A stretch of 64,000 nt of DNA from Okamejei kenojei (lineage: Eukaryota), in the NCBI GenBank assembly GCA_035221665.1, contig CM069146.1:15996001-16060000 (forward strand), given 5' to 3'. The notes beneath the pieces are model-generated. The model was not told the origin of the DNA. It ran no database searches and worked only from the letters and a program-made list of their open reading frames with translations. Shown here piece after piece: positions 60,801 through 64,000 of this stretch. Positions within the stretch are counted from its first letter, which is position 1, and each line of letters opens with the position of its first letter. A program made the translations under genes and the position numbers.

Positions 60801-63773
60801 TTTGACTATTGGTTTGAAAAGAAATGTACTACGCAATGCATTGTACTGGTAACATTTAATTTACTTTAAAATCTAAAGCAAACTTTTACAGATGCTGGAA
60901 ATCTGATCCGAAGTAGAAAATATGGAAATTCTCAGTAGGTTGGGCAATATCTGTGCAACAAAAAAAAAGTACATGTTGTGAGACACTAAAATGTTAACTC
61001 TGTGTCTCTACTGAGTGATTGTACCCAATGTACTGAGTATTTTTGTACTATTATTAAATTATTGTGGTAAGAGAAAATTTTAATTTATATAATAGTACAA
61101 GTATTAGATCCAATTCATTGTACAATTTCAATAGATGTGACTGAGAACTGTCATGTCTCCATCCATCGACTCATGAAAAACAAAATTATTTCAAATGTAA
61201 TCCCAACAGAGAGAAAGTTATTTAACAAGATATTCCCAATAATAAATGCAATTTTAACAAAGAATACCTTTTATAATTTTAAGGATGTTAAAATTGCAGT
61301 CTTGTTGACACTAATATTGTTGACACTCATCTTCATTGTTAATGTCACAGTTTTTTAAACCGTTTACAATGAAGAAAGGAAGAACAGCAAGTCCCTTCTT
61401 CCTTCGGAGTAATTCTCCATTCTAAATTCGAAAGCAAAACTAATGTGCACATTTCTCCACAAATGTCTTTTTATTTCTAGTCCGTCAAATCAGAAGTAAT
61501 TTCTGACAAGAAGCAACTGGAATGATTTTTCTTCAGCTTCCTTCTAAAGTTTATGCAGAATAGTTCAATGTTTGCATTAACGAGAAACATACCGATCTAT
61601 GATTGCTATGCACGCATACACTTAATAAATACCTTTTTGATGTTTTGCAGAGTAAGGTCTTAGATCATATTTGCCACAATTGCCCCCCAGAAAATTCAAA
61701 TATATCTGGATCAGCTAAAACTCTTGCAGGTTTTGCATCACAGCTGATGCACAATGAGTGTTCATATGAGACTTTTGTTTCAATCTGGCCATGACAAATT
61801 ATTTTCTATGACATAAATTCTTAATCCTGATGTTAGGTTTTAAAACTTATCCCTTGTGAAGTGTGTTCTTAATTTTTTTCCTGAGCAGAGCAAAATGTAT
61901 TTAGCTAACCTTATATTCTTCCAACATGTGGGTTCAGGGTCCAATTCGGTTTATTGTGTCAGAAAATTATTATATTATAAATCCACATTTGTTTCGAGAT
62001 ACCCTTTTGTATAAGTCTTACAGGTTCTAATAAAATAAATAGGACCTAAATAAATCTGTTGACCAATGTTATTGTTTAGTTTGTATATATTGGTGTTCAA
62101 GGAGAATTGTCACATCACCACCTTTGTTCTGCAAGTTATGTGTAAAAAAGCTGAAAGGGCGTGTTCGGATCTAAGAAATGCTGGCAGGATAGAGTTCAAT
62201 TTATGCCTGAAGTATAGAGTGGGCAATATTTTAGTATACTAGTAAAGCTCATTGAGAATATATAATAATCTCTTTTATCAGAAACCATTCCAAGTTTACC
62301 ATAGGAAAATGCCAAAGGAAAGATGTTTCTCTGAGCTGTGTCTCCTTAATTGTGTTGTCTTAAAGATGATCTCAATGTCAATATGTTGCAGCCCTTGTCT
62401 TTACAATATTGCTCTTTGAATTTTATTTGTTACTGTTTTGTTTGATTGCAAATATTATGATTATCAATATGAACTAGTTATGGATGGACAAATAGTATGT
62501 TAATAAGGCTGGATAATTTTTAACCGCTATTTTGTAATTGCATTCCACAATCAATCAACCCATGCATATTGCTGATAATATAAAGGACTGTATCACTGAT
62601 AACCTAACCAGTCATATTTCACAGAATAATTTTTAACTGCCTCAACCAGCTTTAAGACCGAGAGGCATTGTGGATGGAGCCTGTTTCCTGAGAGAGATTT
62701 TTGACATTGGCTTTCCCAGTCCCAGTGAGCCTGGAACATATGACTTTAATCTGGCAATTGTGCACATCCAGCTTCTGACATGCTTGCCACAGCAGACTCC
62801 AAGCAGTCTGAACTTTGACACATTGCCCTTTTTAATCTTCTAATGCTTCTTCATAGATCAAGAAACACTTCAGATTAGTTTTGCATTGTCATTTTATTTT
62901 AATAAAGCCTAACATTAAGCCACAGGTTATTGTTTTATTCTCGTTGTGCTTTGGTTTACAAACAAACACTGCAAAAGGGGATTTTGAATTGGCATCTACC
63001 TCGTCTAATTCAACGAACAAGGTGGACATGGCAGAGTTAAACTTGATTGTCAATGACAGTTTCGTTTTCCATGTTGCCAAATTGGCTAATTACCCATTTT
63101 ATTGGTGGGTTCTTTTTCTCCATGCTTCAAATTTTATCTTTAAATACTATTGTTTTTGTGTTTAGTACTTCTTTAGCCAACTCTCGCCACCTTTTTAGCT
63201 CTATTGTAGCAAGATGCTGCTTTTAAACCATATCTAACAGTCCCTGGATCTGTCAGCTGTTGTTGTATAGGGCAGAGGGTGCAGAACAAAACCCTTCATT
63301 TGGTAACACCAGTTCAACCTTTAATGAGACATTTATGATAACCTTTGAACATTTATTTCATTTTCAGTTTTGGTCCTCAACCAAATTGTGGTCCAACTAA
63401 GTAACACTGATTACATTTCTCTTCTTTGCTAGGGTTGGAATTTTTTAAATACATTTATACCAATATTATTAAAAAAGCACTGAAAATTAAGCAAGCATTC
63501 CTAATAATAAAATGGAAATGGTTTTATTTCCATAAACAAATCCCTTTTTAGAACAATGTCATGTTGCACAATGGCAAGTTGTGTAATTACAGCCATTCTT
63601 ATTTGGGCATGTAAGTTCCTAGATGATTGTCTTTGTGTTAAAGAAAATACATTTTCACCCTTGAGTTTGTTTGTAACTAAATCAGTTTACAATAAAAGAC
63701 TGTGGCTTTCTCTTGCTTTTGCTTACTCAACTTGTGAGTAGAGTTCTAATAACATGCTTTTCCCTTCTCTTAG

Positions 63774-63830
63774 AACATTTCCTCTCCTGAGAGTTCCCCA
63801 GTGCATAGGCCTGAGCCGTTTTCACCAGAG
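63774..63830 (+). CDS. SETD5: SETD5 exon Q (57 nt, symmetric); gene continues past the window
   Basis: cccttctcttag|AAC...GAG|gtagtt. Encodes NISSPESSPVHRPEPFSPE; NISSPESSP follows PLQFE in this family. Confidence 0.88.
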
Positions 63831-64000
63831 GTAGTTATCCCAGTATCTCATTTAAACTCGCAAGGCTGAAATAGGTTCTTGCGGCATCTCTCCCTCTCTC
63901 TCTTGCTCTGTGATTCCAACACAATCTTTTTACAACATGATTCTTATATTGTATTCATCTGGTTGAATTTGTGCATGTCTGACTCAAGTCATTAATTTTT

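Noticed and set aside
9659-63830. Calling the gene KMT2E/MLL5
   Set aside because: There is no complete PHD, and [40 protein letters not shown] and [11 protein letters not shown] are SETD5-type.

Overview
This is vertebrate genomic DNA, most likely from a cartilaginous fish (skate or ray), judging by HE1-type SINEs and abundant CR1-like and Penelope-derived repeats. The window lies inside one + strand gene, SETD5 (SET domain-containing 5, paralogue of KMT2E/MLL5). Seventeen GT-AG coding exons from 9659 to 63830 join in one frame (2827 nt, about 942 codons). I did not find the first coding exon or the C-terminal exons in the window. The introns hold CR1, Rex1-like, L1 and Penelope retroelement remnants, a non-autonomous Gypsy-type LTR element, a Tc1 fossil and several MITEs. 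There is also a 152-nt assembly gap. Most ORFs in the supplied track are spurious or TE fragments. Leads worth testing: (i) candidate poison/micro-exons and tandem splice sites of SETD5, including one that toggles an HCF-1-binding motif and one that would add a SUMO motif; (ii) many short Penelope-derived insertions with 13-16 bp TSDs, inverted arms and minimal hammerhead ribozyme cores; (iii) a hairpin module shared by two DNA-transposon superfamilies; (iv) a foldback element with DR1 and NRF1-like sites. Homology calls come from remembered protein and TE motifs; no search was run.
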